Source: a virus (taxonomy: Duplodnaviria > Caudoviricetes). Taken from it: a stretch of DNA of 64,000 nt. A program made the position numbers and the translations under genes. The DNA is taken from the IMG/VR virus record IMGVR_UViG_3300020050_016625, positions 70,864 through 134,863 of that record; one strand, written 5' to 3'. Positions 17,673-27,724 of this stretch are shown in pieces. The notes beneath the pieces were generated by a model. It ran no database searches, was not told the origin of the DNA, and worked only from the letters and a program-made list of their open reading frames with translations. The number at the start of each line of letters is the position of its first letter. The stretch's first letter is position 1.

Positions 17673-18143
17673 ATGCAAACAGTAAACGAATTTCCAGATA
17701 CGGAAAATAAACCAATAATAGCAATTAGTTCAGGATATAGCGAAACTTGTATTGTTAGGTCTTTGTTTTATAATAAGATACTATATGTGGAAACGCTATT
17801 AATTCAAAAACAGTCTTTTTTATCTGAAATGCTGCATAATCATAGCGATATTTTCAACACAGAAAATACCTATATTTTAGGTGCAGAATGTTCAAGTCAA
17901 AAGGCTTGTTTAAGAGAGCAAGGTTTTAATGTATCTTCTGTTATTTTAAGAGATAATATAATTCAAGATTTATTCAACTGTAAAATTATCGTAGTATTTA
18001 AAGGTAAGTATATTGAAACTTGTGCTATTTTAGATGATTTTAAAAAATGCAAAGATACTCATAAATACTATGCAGATAACAGGCTTTTATGGGTTTTGGT
18101 GTTAGCTTTGTCTTATTTCATAGATAAAAAGGCTTTAATGTAA
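17673..18143 (+). CDS. Degenerate stand-alone paralogue of the TerL RNase H-like nuclease domain
   Basis: YILGAECSSQKACLREQGF vs TerL YFISPEASSDKSDFRTAGY; FP...LYVE vs FP...LYVQ; catalytic Asp residues absent. Confidence 0.6.
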   Translation: MQTVNEFPDTENKPIIAISSGYSETCIVRSLFYNKILYVETLLIQKQSFLSEMLHNHSDIFNTENTYILGAECSSQKACLREQGFNVSSVILRDNIIQDLFNCKIIVVFKGKYIETCAILDDFKKCKDTHKYYADNRLLWVLVLALSYFIDKKALM

Positions 18144-18151
18144 GATAAGCC

Positions 18152-18213
18152 ATACACAAGTATGTAGTTTACGTATAAATATTTTTTTATCTCAAATAAA
18201 GCCTATACATTTG
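18152..18213 (+). promoter_or_regulatory. Palindrome-linked promoter cassette
   Basis: ATACACaagtATGTAG, 38 bp, TACATTTG; only a 20-codon ORF follows. Confidence 0.65.
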
Positions 18214-18290
18214 TCTCATAATCAAATGGCAATAACGCTAAAACAATTTTTAATGTTATTCAATTACTATAAGATAACTCATTATTAAAC

Positions 18291-18326
18291 AAAAAACGCT
18301 GCATATTAATTTATGCAGCGTTTTTT
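18291..18326. terminator. Bidirectional terminator, identical to 39075-39110
   Basis: AAAAAACGCTGCATATTAATTTATGCAGCGTTTTTT. Confidence 0.8.
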
Positions 18327-18895
18327 TAACTCCCACAACTATCACAAGTAGAACGTTCTCTATAATTAGGCTTATAGCATGGAATTTCGGTTGCAACAAA
18401 ACTACCAAACATACCACCAAAGGAATCAGTACAAGAGTTATTTAGCCACTGTAAATATAAATCCCTTACACAGTGCGAAAACGCTGCAATACTTTGACAA
18501 ATAACACCATTTGACAATGTTTTTAGGTATTGTTTTAATTTAGCCATTTTTGCCTCACAATCACAATCGCAATTCCCACTTGCTAAATTGGTATTGTAAT
18601 TATCTTTTGCGTAACGATACAAGCAAAATAACAGAAACGCCCTACGTATTATACCCTGCTGTTGTACTGAAAACGCTGCCCCTGTAATATCATCTGTTAT
18701 ATTGCAATTCATTAGCCACGTATTGAATAAATCCCTTGTTTCAGATTCAATAGATGGCATATTATTAGCTAAATTATAGGCAATTTCATTATCTATTTGC
18801 GCAATAGTCAATGTGCCTATTTCATTACTTGCATTACCTGAAACCCACATAATTTGAGTGCCTGTTGCAGGTACGGTTATTTGATATATTCCCAT
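18326..18895 (-). CDS. Putative head completion/connector protein, Cys-rich
   Basis: Directly downstream of the capsid gene; helical; many Cys. Confidence 0.4.
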   Translation of the reverse strand: MGIYQITVPATGTQIMWVSGNASNEIGTLTIAQIDNEIAYNLANNMPSIESETRDLFNTWLMNCNITDDITGAAFSVQQQGIIRRAFLLFCLYRYAKDNYNTNLASGNCDCDCEAKMAKLKQYLKTLSNGVICQSIAAFSHCVRDLYLQWLNNSCTDSFGGMFGSFVATEIPCYKPNYRERSTCDSCGS

Positions 18896-18970
18896 AAAAA
18901 TGTCATTAAAAAAGGCAGTAATAATACGAATATTACTACTACCTTATATCACAAACTATAACCGCCTATT

Positions 18971-20392
18971 TTAAGCACCCGTTGCAAGTGGATTAGTACT
19001 ATTTTCAGGCGCAGGAACTAAGTTTTTAATCCAAAGTCTTTGGTTTTCAGGCGCAAATACTGTGAATAATTCGTAGGCAATGTAAGAAACCGTATCAGTA
19101 TCAGCAGCCACAGACGTAAATGTGTACATTTCTTTGTTGATACCAAAGATGTTATACAACTTAGGAATAACCAACATTACGCCAAAAGAACTGCGAGAAA
19201 AAGCGTCAATACGTTTTTGGAATTTATTTTTATCCAAAACAACTGCGCCAGTTGAGTCCTTTTCTGCTACCCATGCGCCCGAAGGCATCTGCCAGCGTGT
19301 AGCATGGAAAATGATATTAGAATCAAGGGTAACACCAAACATATCACGAGCCAAAGCACGTCTCAACCAACCAATAACTTCTGAACCTGCGGCACTTGGA
19401 TTGTAAACACAGTGTACTTGTGGTAAGATTTCGCCTTCAATATCAACGCCTTCTGAAATTGCAGTATCAATAAGTTTTTGATAACCTTTTTGCAAGTTGT
19501 GAGCCGCACGTACTGTTTTTGCTACCATTTTGTCAGTAAAGCCATCAAACCCACCTGAAACAGGCGCATCTGCAATGTTTTCCGCTTCAAAAACGTATTT
19601 ATCGCTTGGCTTTTTGGTAATTTCAACGTATGCTTGGTATGACTTATTTTTAGCCATTTTGTTACGGAAAGCCGCAAATACACCGTTTACACCACCGATA
19701 GAAGTAAAGAAAGATGTCAATTCTTGCTCAACATTACCATACATCAAACAAGCCCCAAATTTACGAAACTCGGTTGTTTGCAACTTACCAAGTTTGATTG
19801 TTTGGCGTGGCTTAATCGGTTCGTGGTCAATGATTTCTTGCACCTCAATATATTGATTAATATCAATAATTTTAGCGGAGGCTTTTCCGATTAATTGACT
19901 TGTGATTGTGTACAATTCCACATAACCCAAATCAACTTGTGTTTGTGTGCTACGTGGCATGGTTAAGTTCACTTCTGTTGCACCTGCAATAATGCCTTGT
20001 GCTTCTGTTGAGAGTGCTTTTTGACGTGCTTGTAACAAGCCATTTGTTTCCCCCAAAAGGAATGAGGCTTCCAAAGATGCAGATTGCATAGCGAGTGGCC
20101 CGTAGAAGTTTTCAAATGTTTTTTCAACATGATTAACTCCCGTTGCTTTAGGGTCATCTTTTGCTGCTTTACTTTTTATAGATTCACTTGCAACATAGTT
20201 GAAGTCATCGGCAGTTTTATAGAAAAAATCTTCTGAAAAAGATTCTTTTTTCTGCTTAATAGCGTGTTCGATACCTCTTGCATCTTCTGTATTTACAATG
20301 GTAGGCAAATCCATTAGAACTGCGTGGTATGCTTGCATTTTCTCTCGGTGAGTTTGAAATGCTAATGTATTTTGAAAAACAAAATGTTCCAT
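18971..20392 (-). CDS. Putative major capsid protein (HK97 fold)
   Basis: Position after protease and decoration genes; 473 aa; E-loop/backbone-like TTEFRKFGACLMY segment. Confidence 0.65.
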   Translation of the reverse strand: MEHFVFQNTLAFQTHREKMQAYHAVLMDLPTIVNTEDARGIEHAIKQKKESFSEDFFYKTADDFNYVASESIKSKAAKDDPKATGVNHVEKTFENFYGPLAMQSASLEASFLLGETNGLLQARQKALSTEAQGIIAGATEVNLTMPRSTQTQVDLGYVELYTITSQLIGKASAKIIDINQYIEVQEIIDHEPIKPRQTIKLGKLQTTEFRKFGACLMYGNVEQELTSFFTSIGGVNGVFAAFRNKMAKNKSYQAYVEITKKPSDKYVFEAENIADAPVSGGFDGFTDKMVAKTVRAAHNLQKGYQKLIDTAISEGVDIEGEILPQVHCVYNPSAAGSEVIGWLRRALARDMFGVTLDSNIIFHATRWQMPSGAWVAEKDSTGAVVLDKNKFQKRIDAFSRSSFGVMLVIPKLYNIFGINKEMYTFTSVAADTDTVSYIAYELFTVFAPENQRLWIKNLVPAPENSTNPLATGA

Positions 20393-20474
20393 GTTTATCT
20401 TAAAATAAGTGATTTAGATTTTTTTAAGTAAGCAGTTTTTAGGCTGCTTACTCTGATATATTATTGTTCAATTA

Positions 20475-21740
20475 CTATACAAATGTCTCAAAGTCCCAAG
20501 TTTGGTCAGAGCCATCAACCGTTACCACCAAAGAAGCAAGGTCAGATTTAGTGTTACTTACGATTACAGAAACCGTTTCATTATCTCCGTTTCCTGGTGC
20601 TTCTACAATTACTACATATACACCAGTGGTCGTAAATCCTGCCCCAAAAATAGCGGCTTTAATAGCATCTGCGATTTCTGTTTCGTTGCCATTTTCAACT
20701 ACAATTACAGGTGAAACACTGTAAGGGTCGCTATCATCAAACAAGACTGTATTGAATTTACGTGTAGTTGCAACAGTTGTAACAGGGTACGTAATATTAA
20801 GTCTGAAATTTTGGAATGTAGGCGAAGGTACACATACAGGTTCGGTGTAAGGGGTTGTTGCGACTGTATAAACAATCGTTTCACAACAATTAGAGCTACA
20901 AGATTCACAACTTGCACCGCTACCCTCTAATTGTGGCGTTGCTTCCAAATACAAAGAAATATCGTAGCTATGACTTGATAATTCAAACACAAATGACTCG
21001 TTAGGCATAGTTCTTTTCACGACACCACTATCATCTGTATAAACCCACTTAGTCTTGCTAATCTGGAATAAAGGATTTTCCGCAAACGCATTGGAATTAA
21101 TATCTACTAAGCGACCCTCTTGGAATGTGATTTCAGGAAACGCAACAATATCGCAGTCGCCAAAACAGCAGTCAGTAGAAACAGAAGGCATGGTAACAGT
21201 AGCACTATTCAATGTGCTATACTCCTCCTCAATGTTTACCATTACGAAACGACTACCCCATGTAATGCCATTAGGTCTAAACTGGATAGATTCTACAAAC
21301 CTACCAATTACAATACCCTTAACATCTCCAGCAGGCGCAACATCTGTAACACCCCATGAATCCGTATCACCTGCACCATCGTCAGTGATAAGGTAAGCTA
21401 ACTTACCCTTCCAAGTGTTAGATTCTTTACGTGTTGTTTGAACAGACTTATGAACAGGCAAATAACAAGTACCTTCTGTACGATACAAGCCTTGTTCGCC
21501 GCAAACTGTATCAGCAGAAAGAATGCCCAAAAATGGCTTACCTGCATTATCAAATAAACGCATTGTGCCACCACAAATATACTCACGCCCCATGTATTTG
21601 AAATGCGAATACTTGTAAGGTTTTGCCATGTTTGCAGGTAGCACAGTGTCTGTAATTCCTTTAATTTCCATATCTACAAACAAGCGGTCGGCAGTAGGGA
21701 AATTATGTGCGTTTACCGCACTTCTATCAGTAAATCTCAT
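20475..21740 (-). CDS. Putative capsid decoration/cement protein (DUF2190-like N-terminus) with Cys-rich extension
   Basis: GILSADTVCGEQG...EGTCYLP...GKLAY...IVIGRF pattern; located between protease and capsid. Confidence 0.5.
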   Translation of the reverse strand: MRFTDRSAVNAHNFPTADRLFVDMEIKGITDTVLPANMAKPYKYSHFKYMGREYICGGTMRLFDNAGKPFLGILSADTVCGEQGLYRTEGTCYLPVHKSVQTTRKESNTWKGKLAYLITDDGAGDTDSWGVTDVAPAGDVKGIVIGRFVESIQFRPNGITWGSRFVMVNIEEEYSTLNSATVTMPSVSTDCCFGDCDIVAFPEITFQEGRLVDINSNAFAENPLFQISKTKWVYTDDSGVVKRTMPNESFVFELSSHSYDISLYLEATPQLEGSGASCESCSSNCCETIVYTVATTPYTEPVCVPSPTFQNFRLNITYPVTTVATTRKFNTVLFDDSDPYSVSPVIVVENGNETEIADAIKAAIFGAGFTTTGVYVVIVEAPGNGDNETVSVIVSNTKSDLASLVVTVDGSDQTWDFETFV

Positions 21741-21765
21741 TTTATTTTATAATTTTGAATGTTGA

Positions 21766-23256
21766 TTAAAATAAAGGTTTATCGTTTTTGCGTTTGATTA
21801 GTGCCGCTTCTTTTTCGGCTTGTACTGCATCTTGCTTGCTTTTTTCGCTTAATTCAATAAGTAAGCCTTCAATATCAGTACGTAATTCAGACATAGACTT
21901 TTGCGCAGCTTCTGTTCTCGCTAAATCCAAATCAAGCGAGTTTAATCGCTTTAATTGAGACTTAATAGCAACATACTTTTGCACGTAAATGTCTTTTTCA
22001 ATAGCCATTTCAGATTGCAATGCAGTAAGCGATTTATTTGCAGTTACTAAATCGGTTGTACTTTTTTCTAATTGCTTAGTAAGTTCAACTTTTTCAATGC
22101 CTAATAACTCATTTTTATCAGTCAATAGAGAAGAAGAACGTTCTAAGTTAGACTTATCTAACTTTAAAGCCTCAACTTCCAAACTAACATTTGTGAGTTT
22201 TTTGTCCAAAATTTCAAACTTTTGCGCAATTTCAGTAGTGGCATCAAAAGGGGTTGTATCTGCTAAATTTTTAGCCACCACTTTTACCCATGTTGCAGTA
22301 TGCAAGTGTGCAGGTAGAGTATTAAAAACAGATTTCATTAATGCAATTTCAGTAGCATTTGCATCTGTATTAGCAGGGGTTTTCACTTCTTTTTCGGTTT
22401 CTAATGCCTTTTCAGTGGGCTTATTTTCAAGCGTATTTTCACTTGTAGGTGCAGGTGTATTATCAATTACACGCACTTCGTACATTTTCTTTTTCTCAAT
22501 TTGCCCACTACCATTTGCACCAATATCTACCAACGAAATTTCCATTGTCTCAACTCTTGCATTAGTTCCATACAAGTAATAAGAAACTGGTGTTGTATAG
22601 CCTTCTGGAATATAGTTTGAGCGGTCGCTACCAATATATTCAAAACCGCTAATCCATGCAGAAATAGAAACTTTTGAAAGTGTGCCTATGTCAATATGTC
22701 TTGTAACAAGTGAGCCATGCCATTGTGCCTGCTTATCAATATACGCATATACGATAAGTTTACGAACAACCTGCCCGTTTTCATCTAATGCCACAACGTC
22801 ATTTTCAACCATATCCACAACTTCGTATGAATAGGTTTTACCTACCATTTCATAACGATTGTGCATAATACACACATTTGTACCACCTGCTTTGTTTTCA
22901 CCCCAGCCTTTTGAATAACCATCTCCCAAAAGTTGTAATACATATTCTGTAAATTTATCCCTATCAGAATCAATTCGAGTATCAGAAGCCGCAAGTTTTA
23001 GAAACAAAAGGTTTTCCTTTACCCATGCTACGGATTTAGCAAGACCCGAAGCAACGAGTGAAATATGTGCATCTGTGGGCGTATATAGTTTTTGAGCAAC
23101 ATCTGCGCCTTCTGAAACCCCTACAATTTCAACACCCTTCTCTCTATTCTTTTCAAGATAAGCAGTTATAGCCTCCTTTTCTTGTGTAGATAAAGTAGCA
23201 TTACCCGTATCTAAGACACGACTTGCCCCCTTTTCTTTTATATGTTCAAAAATCAT
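21766..23256 (-). CDS. Prohead protease fused to coiled-coil scaffold
   Basis: IDSDRDKF, MHNRYEMVGK, KVSIS and EISLVDIGAN HK97-type protease motifs; coiled-coil C-terminus. Confidence 0.75.
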   Translation of the reverse strand: MIFEHIKEKGASRVLDTGNATLSTQEKEAITAYLEKNREKGVEIVGVSEGADVAQKLYTPTDAHISLVASGLAKSVAWVKENLLFLKLAASDTRIDSDRDKFTEYVLQLLGDGYSKGWGENKAGGTNVCIMHNRYEMVGKTYSYEVVDMVENDVVALDENGQVVRKLIVYAYIDKQAQWHGSLVTRHIDIGTLSKVSISAWISGFEYIGSDRSNYIPEGYTTPVSYYLYGTNARVETMEISLVDIGANGSGQIEKKKMYEVRVIDNTPAPTSENTLENKPTEKALETEKEVKTPANTDANATEIALMKSVFNTLPAHLHTATWVKVVAKNLADTTPFDATTEIAQKFEILDKKLTNVSLEVEALKLDKSNLERSSSLLTDKNELLGIEKVELTKQLEKSTTDLVTANKSLTALQSEMAIEKDIYVQKYVAIKSQLKRLNSLDLDLARTEAAQKSMSELRTDIEGLLIELSEKSKQDAVQAEKEAALIKRKNDKPLF

Positions 23257-23281
23257 ATTATGAGTATATGTTATGTATTAA

Positions 23282-23324
23282 TTTCGCACAAAAATATAGT
23301 GCTTACATGTATGTTGTATTTTTT
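23282..23324 (-). promoter_or_regulatory. Putative late promoter of the head operon
   Basis: 35/43 identical to 42688-42730; contains TATTTTTG. Confidence 0.6.
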
Positions 23325-23371
23325 GTAAACAAAATATATATTTAGTAGTTATATATGTTTAAATCATAAAT

Positions 23372-24085
23372 ATGGGAACATTACAATATTCAAAAGTACA
23401 AGTTTTAGATATGCTAAATAAGAAAGTAGCTGCAAAAATGCTAAGCTCTTGCGCACTTAGGCATTGGCATAATCAATACATTCCTTTTAAAAATAGGAAA
23501 AGGTTTATACTTGACAAAATGTATATAGAGAAAATAAGTGCAGTCTTTGGCAAAGAAAGCGATATAATAGGCTACAATGTGATTGTTTCTTATCCTGAAA
23601 AGAAAAGCTACTACGTAAAAGCAGATAAGGTATTGCATGAGTTTAGGGCAAATATAGAGTTGTTTAGAAAAGAAGCTATTGAAAAGATAGATAAGCTATT
23701 TGCGGATTTAGAAAACAAATTGAACAAAGCATTACAAAATAGAGGTATAGAATTAAATAGCTTTTACGATTATCGTTATAGGATTGAAAGACTTGCGAGC
23801 GCAAGACTATTGCAGATATATACATTAGACGAGTTTGTAGTTGATAGAATTATCAGGGATAAAGAAAACAATAAAATAGAAATATTAAAAGTTTTAGATG
23901 CAAAAAGTCTGCAAGAAAAATGCCATTCCGCAGCTACAAATATGGATATTGCTTGTTATATAAAGCTATGTGAAATAAACGACAATCTATTAGCAGAAAT
24001 AGATAGTAGATTAAATGAGAAAGTAGATTATATCTACCAAGCACACGATAAGAAAATAGCTGCATTAACGCAATGGTGGCAATAA
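23372..24085 (+). CDS. Hypothetical protein
   Basis: 237 aa ORF followed by terminator 24085-24119. Confidence 0.6.
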   Translation: MGTLQYSKVQVLDMLNKKVAAKMLSSCALRHWHNQYIPFKNRKRFILDKMYIEKISAVFGKESDIIGYNVIVSYPEKKSYYVKADKVLHEFRANIELFRKEAIEKIDKLFADLENKLNKALQNRGIELNSFYDYRYRIERLASARLLQIYTLDEFVVDRIIRDKENNKIEILKVLDAKSLQEKCHSAATNMDIACYIKLCEINDNLLAEIDSRLNEKVDYIYQAHDKKIAALTQWWQ

Positions 24086-24150
24086 AAAAAACGGCTGTAA
24101 TTTCTTGCAGCCGTTTTTTATTTGTATCTTTGCGTATAAAATAATAAAAC

Positions 24151-24921
24151 ATGCAAAACACAATCATTATAGACGACCTTATACAAGGTGCAACTTATCT
24201 AAATTGGCGTGAAATTAGCGTATTTCAGGGCGATTTAAAGACACAATCGCAGGAACAATTAAATAGATTGGTTTTATCATTAGAAACAGAAGGCTTTTTC
24301 GATGTGGCAAAGGTTTGGTACGACAAAGAGGAGGGTATAAACTACTTTGCAGATGGACACCAAAGAAAAGGTACACTTACTTACCTATCTACTTTGGGCT
24401 ATAAATTTGTTAAAAAAAGCAATGGAGAAAAAACGGATTTAATACCATGTACTTATATTAATGCAGAAAATAAAACAGATTTAGCTCGTAAATTATTAAT
24501 CATAAACAATCAATACGCTACAATTACAAGTGAGGGTTTAAGCCACTTTACGGAACTATATGGAGTTAAAACGGATTTCATGCAAAGTATTGTGAACTTT
24601 TCGCAATTTGTACCACCGATAATTGAACAAAAAAACGTATGGAGTGCGCCAGAAGTTGAAACACCACCTTTTATAATGCCTCAAAAACCTGTAAAGGAAA
24701 TTGAGTATAAAGCAGATAATGGAGAAAGTGAAAATAGTAGTAGTAGTAGTGATAATGAAAAAGATAGTTATACGGAGCTTAACCTAATACTTAGAAATGG
24801 AGATTATAAATATATTATGGATATGATTTATCGAATCAAAAAGGATAGGGAAATAGATAGCAATGCGGAGGCACTCGTGTATATCTGTGAACAATATGAG
24901 ATGTATTGTGGTAACATATAA
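24151..24921 (+). CDS. ParB/Srx-like domain protein
   Basis: FQGDLK...LVLSLETEGF...ADGHQR. Confidence 0.7.
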   Translation: MQNTIIIDDLIQGATYLNWREISVFQGDLKTQSQEQLNRLVLSLETEGFFDVAKVWYDKEEGINYFADGHQRKGTLTYLSTLGYKFVKKSNGEKTDLIPCTYINAENKTDLARKLLIINNQYATITSEGLSHFTELYGVKTDFMQSIVNFSQFVPPIIEQKNVWSAPEVETPPFIMPQKPVKEIEYKADNGESENSSSSSDNEKDSYTELNLILRNGDYKYIMDMIYRIKKDREIDSNAEALVYICEQYEMYCGNI

Positions 24922-24931
24922 TAACTTTTTT

Positions 24932-25171
24932 ATGGAAGATTTTTACAGAAATGCAGTATTGGTAGATAGTATGAATAGTCTTGGTAGATGTATTAAGGTA
25001 GGCACTATAATTAACGTGCAAGACTGTGTTAATTTAGTACCTAATCAGCAAATTGATAAAGCTATCAATCTTATTAATAAGCAATTAAGCGGATTACCTA
25101 TATATGGCACTCTCTATAAAATACAGCTTGATAATGATAAATTAGGCTTTTTTAGTGTAATAAGTAAATAA
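24932..25171 (+). CDS. Hypothetical protein
   Basis: Likely start MEDFYRN. Confidence 0.5.
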   Translation: MEDFYRNAVLVDSMNSLGRCIKVGTIINVQDCVNLVPNQQIDKAINLINKQLSGLPIYGTLYKIQLDNDKLGFFSVISK

Positions 25172-25259
25172 CATAGCGTATTTGTGTATATTATCGAAAA
25201 TATCGGGTATTCGATACGCTTATTCTGCAAATTGTATTTTTGTTTTGCGTATTAATTAG

Positions 25260-25351
25260 CTACATAAATATGTAGTTTCTATATAATTATTTTTTTTATC
25301 CAAAATAACCCTATATCTTTGTGCAAGCAATAAGGAAATATATTCTTATTC
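25260..25351 (+). promoter_or_regulatory. Palindrome-linked promoter cassette
   Basis: CTACATaaatATGTAG, 38 bp, TATCTTTG, hairpin; near-identical to the 1816 copy. Confidence 0.8.
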
Positions 25352-25369
25352 ATTAATCACTTATCAATT

Positions 25370-25720
25370 ATGGCAGATAGAATAATAATCACAAAAGCAT
25401 TAGCAAGTTTTAAAAGAGACTGCAAACAAGCAATCGCAAATGGGAAGGCTATAAATATCAAAACGATTATTTCGTTTATGTCAAGTTTAGGCATTACCGT
25501 AACGGAAACAAAGACAGAAAAAACAATCGAAACAGGCAAAATGTCTTGCGGTGTTGTTTTTAGCCGCAAATATAAAATTAGCAAAGGTTATGAATTTATA
25601 TTTGATGGCGTAAAATACGCCTATAATTCATTAGAACAAAATAGTAGTTATTCAATAACATCTAAATTTGCTAATATAGATGTTTTATTAGTAATGAGTA
25701 GAAATTTTCTAAATAATTAG
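25370..25720 (+). CDS. Hypothetical protein
   Basis: Downstream of the cassette promoter. Confidence 0.65.
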   Translation: MADRIIITKALASFKRDCKQAIANGKAINIKTIISFMSSLGITVTETKTEKTIETGKMSCGVVFSRKYKISKGYEFIFDGVKYAYNSLEQNSSYSITSKFANIDVLLVMSRNFLNN

Positions 25721-25952
25721 TCAAACAAACAGCCTACTACCTAAAAAAATAGTAGGCTTTTTCGCAACACCTCGAAGATGTAAAAACAGACACAGCCGAG
25801 CGAAAACGTCTTGGATATAGTGAGATTGAAAAGTATGTACCACTAACATAACTCAAAATACAAGCAATAAACAGCCTTTTGTAGCAATACATAAGGCTGT
25901 CTTCTTAAACAAAAAACCTATCTAATCGTTATTATCAAAATGTTTTAATACT

Positions 25953-26636
25953 ATGATAAATGTAATAGCAGCCGATTATGCAGGTGTTAGGCAATTAGAA
26001 ATAAGAACTACGAATGTAATTATTTCCCACAAAAACAATACCTTTGCTATTGAGTTTGAATGTCGCAGATTATTTCTTGCATGTGGGAAATTAGGTGCAA
26101 AATTCAATCCAAACAATATAAATTATAGCGAACTAATCTTAGATTATAAAGCTAAAAAAGCTGCATTAAATGGCTTTTTAAGAACCGAAAAAATAGACAT
26201 TGAATTACCTGCTTTGCCTGAAACGTTAGCAAATACCTTTATAGTAAACAGGAATAATGAGTTTGGCGAAGTACTAAACATAATCAATCAATGCAAGTTC
26301 TATATAAGGTCGTTATTAGCCTATTGCACAAAGGAACGCATAGCTGCAATACAATCATTGTTTGAAGTAGTTAAGGCGCAAATAACGCTAATAGACTACG
26401 ATTATATAGAAAATAAAAACGAATATATAGTGATTGACTTAGATAATGTATTAAGAGATAAGGGTATTGCTTGGTTAATCATAGAATTAGGGGCAGAAGG
26501 AAATAGTTATGACAAAGTAGGTTATGATTGGGTTTACACAAAGATAGATACAATAAGATTTACACACTTAGATAATGTCTTTTCAATCACAGTCGAATAC
26601 GATACACAAGAAATCGGGGAAATAAAGTTGATATAA
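25953..26636 (+). CDS. Hypothetical protein
   Basis: 227 aa ORF ending at convergent terminator 26638-26670. Confidence 0.6.
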   Translation: MINVIAADYAGVRQLEIRTTNVIISHKNNTFAIEFECRRLFLACGKLGAKFNPNNINYSELILDYKAKKAALNGFLRTEKIDIELPALPETLANTFIVNRNNEFGEVLNIINQCKFYIRSLLAYCTKERIAAIQSLFEVVKAQITLIDYDYIENKNEYIVIDLDNVLRDKGIAWLIIELGAEGNSYDKVGYDWVYTKIDTIRFTHLDNVFSITVEYDTQEIGEIKLI

Positions 26637-26675
26637 TAAAGGCTGCTAAGCTAATCCCTTAGCAGCCTTTATTCT

Positions 26676-27191
26676 TTACCCTAATGTCGCTTTTATTGCC
26701 TTAATATCCCCATCGCTTGCGCCTATTAATTTAATAATTTGAATGTCGTATTTACTGAATATACTACATATACGGTCGTACTCATTTAGCATTACCTCAA
26801 AATTATCTTTACTTTGCATTTTCCTTTGCCAATCAAAATAATCTCTTGTATGAATTAAGCTATAAAGCGCAATTTGCGTATCACTTGGCTTCTCTGTTAC
26901 TATAAATTCTTTTTGAATCAAGTCGTAATGTATATCGAAATTAATAACATCTAATCTTTTTGAAGGGTGTACAAAGCACCGCAATAAAAATACAAGTATA
27001 TCATTACCAGAAACAATTACATTCGTATCAATGGCAATACTATTTATAGGGTATTTTTTACCAATATAGCCTAAAAGATACAATACTTTTTGATAATCAA
27101 AAGAGAAATCAGCAAAATCTACTGAAATTTCGCTAAAATAAAACATCTGCACTATATCCGTTATAGTTTCGGTTGTGTATTTCGTTTTCAT
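26676..27191 (-). CDS. Degenerate DUF262-like protein (tandem paralogue)
   Basis: Clear paralogue of 27188 (KYPINSI, YDL, PSDTQIA); QR and DGQQR motifs lost. Confidence 0.5.
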   Translation of the reverse strand: MKTKYTTETITDIVQMFYFSEISVDFADFSFDYQKVLYLLGYIGKKYPINSIAIDTNVIVSGNDILVFLLRCFVHPSKRLDVINFDIHYDLIQKEFIVTEKPSDTQIALYSLIHTRDYFDWQRKMQSKDNFEVMLNEYDRICSIFSKYDIQIIKLIGASDGDIKAIKATLG

Positions 27192-27724
27192 ACAAATAAA
27201 TTAATACGTTCTTTTATAGTTTGAATATCTTTGTCGCTTGCACGATATAAAGTAAATATTGAAATATTGAATTTATCTACCATATCGCTTATTCTTTGAT
27301 ACTCTTTTAATAGCATTTCAAACCCTGCTATATCTTTCATTTTACGTTCCCATAAAAAGCAGTCTCTTGTATCTAACAGACTTTGTACGGCAATTTGTGT
27401 ATCGCTTGGATTTTCCGTGAAAAGAAACTGCTTTGTATGCAGGTCGTAATATACTTTGTAGCCTACTATTTTCAATTCGTGTTTCGGGTGAGCAAAACAT
27501 TTCAGGATAGCAACTAAGGCGTTAATACCTAATACAGCCGTTACATCCCCTTCCTTGTCTTTGTTTAAGGTAATGCCATTAATAGGATAGTGTTTTGAAA
27601 TACTATCTAACATAATAAGCACATCTTTTTCAGTCCATGTGTAGCTGCTGTTTTCAGGAAAAGTAAAATCTTTTCTAATAAAATCAATAACCAAATCAAT
27701 AATGCCTTTTTTGCGATATGTCAT
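27188..27724 (-). CDS. Degenerate DUF262-like protein
   Basis: FPENSSYTWTEKDV..MLDSISKHYPING, AVLGINAL in place of DGQQRL, IKERIN in place of IFERIN. Confidence 0.55.
   Translation of the reverse strand: MTYRKKGIIDLVIDFIRKDFTFPENSSYTWTEKDVLIMLDSISKHYPINGITLNKDKEGDVTAVLGINALVAILKCFAHPKHELKIVGYKVYYDLHTKQFLFTENPSDTQIAVQSLLDTRDCFLWERKMKDIAGFEMLLKEYQRISDMVDKFNISIFTLYRASDKDIQTIKERINLFV

Noticed and set aside
19122-22579. Plus-strand ORFs within the head genes (e.g. 21989-22579) and 15224-15613 within tnpB
   Set aside because: Antisense shadow frames of well-supported genes.
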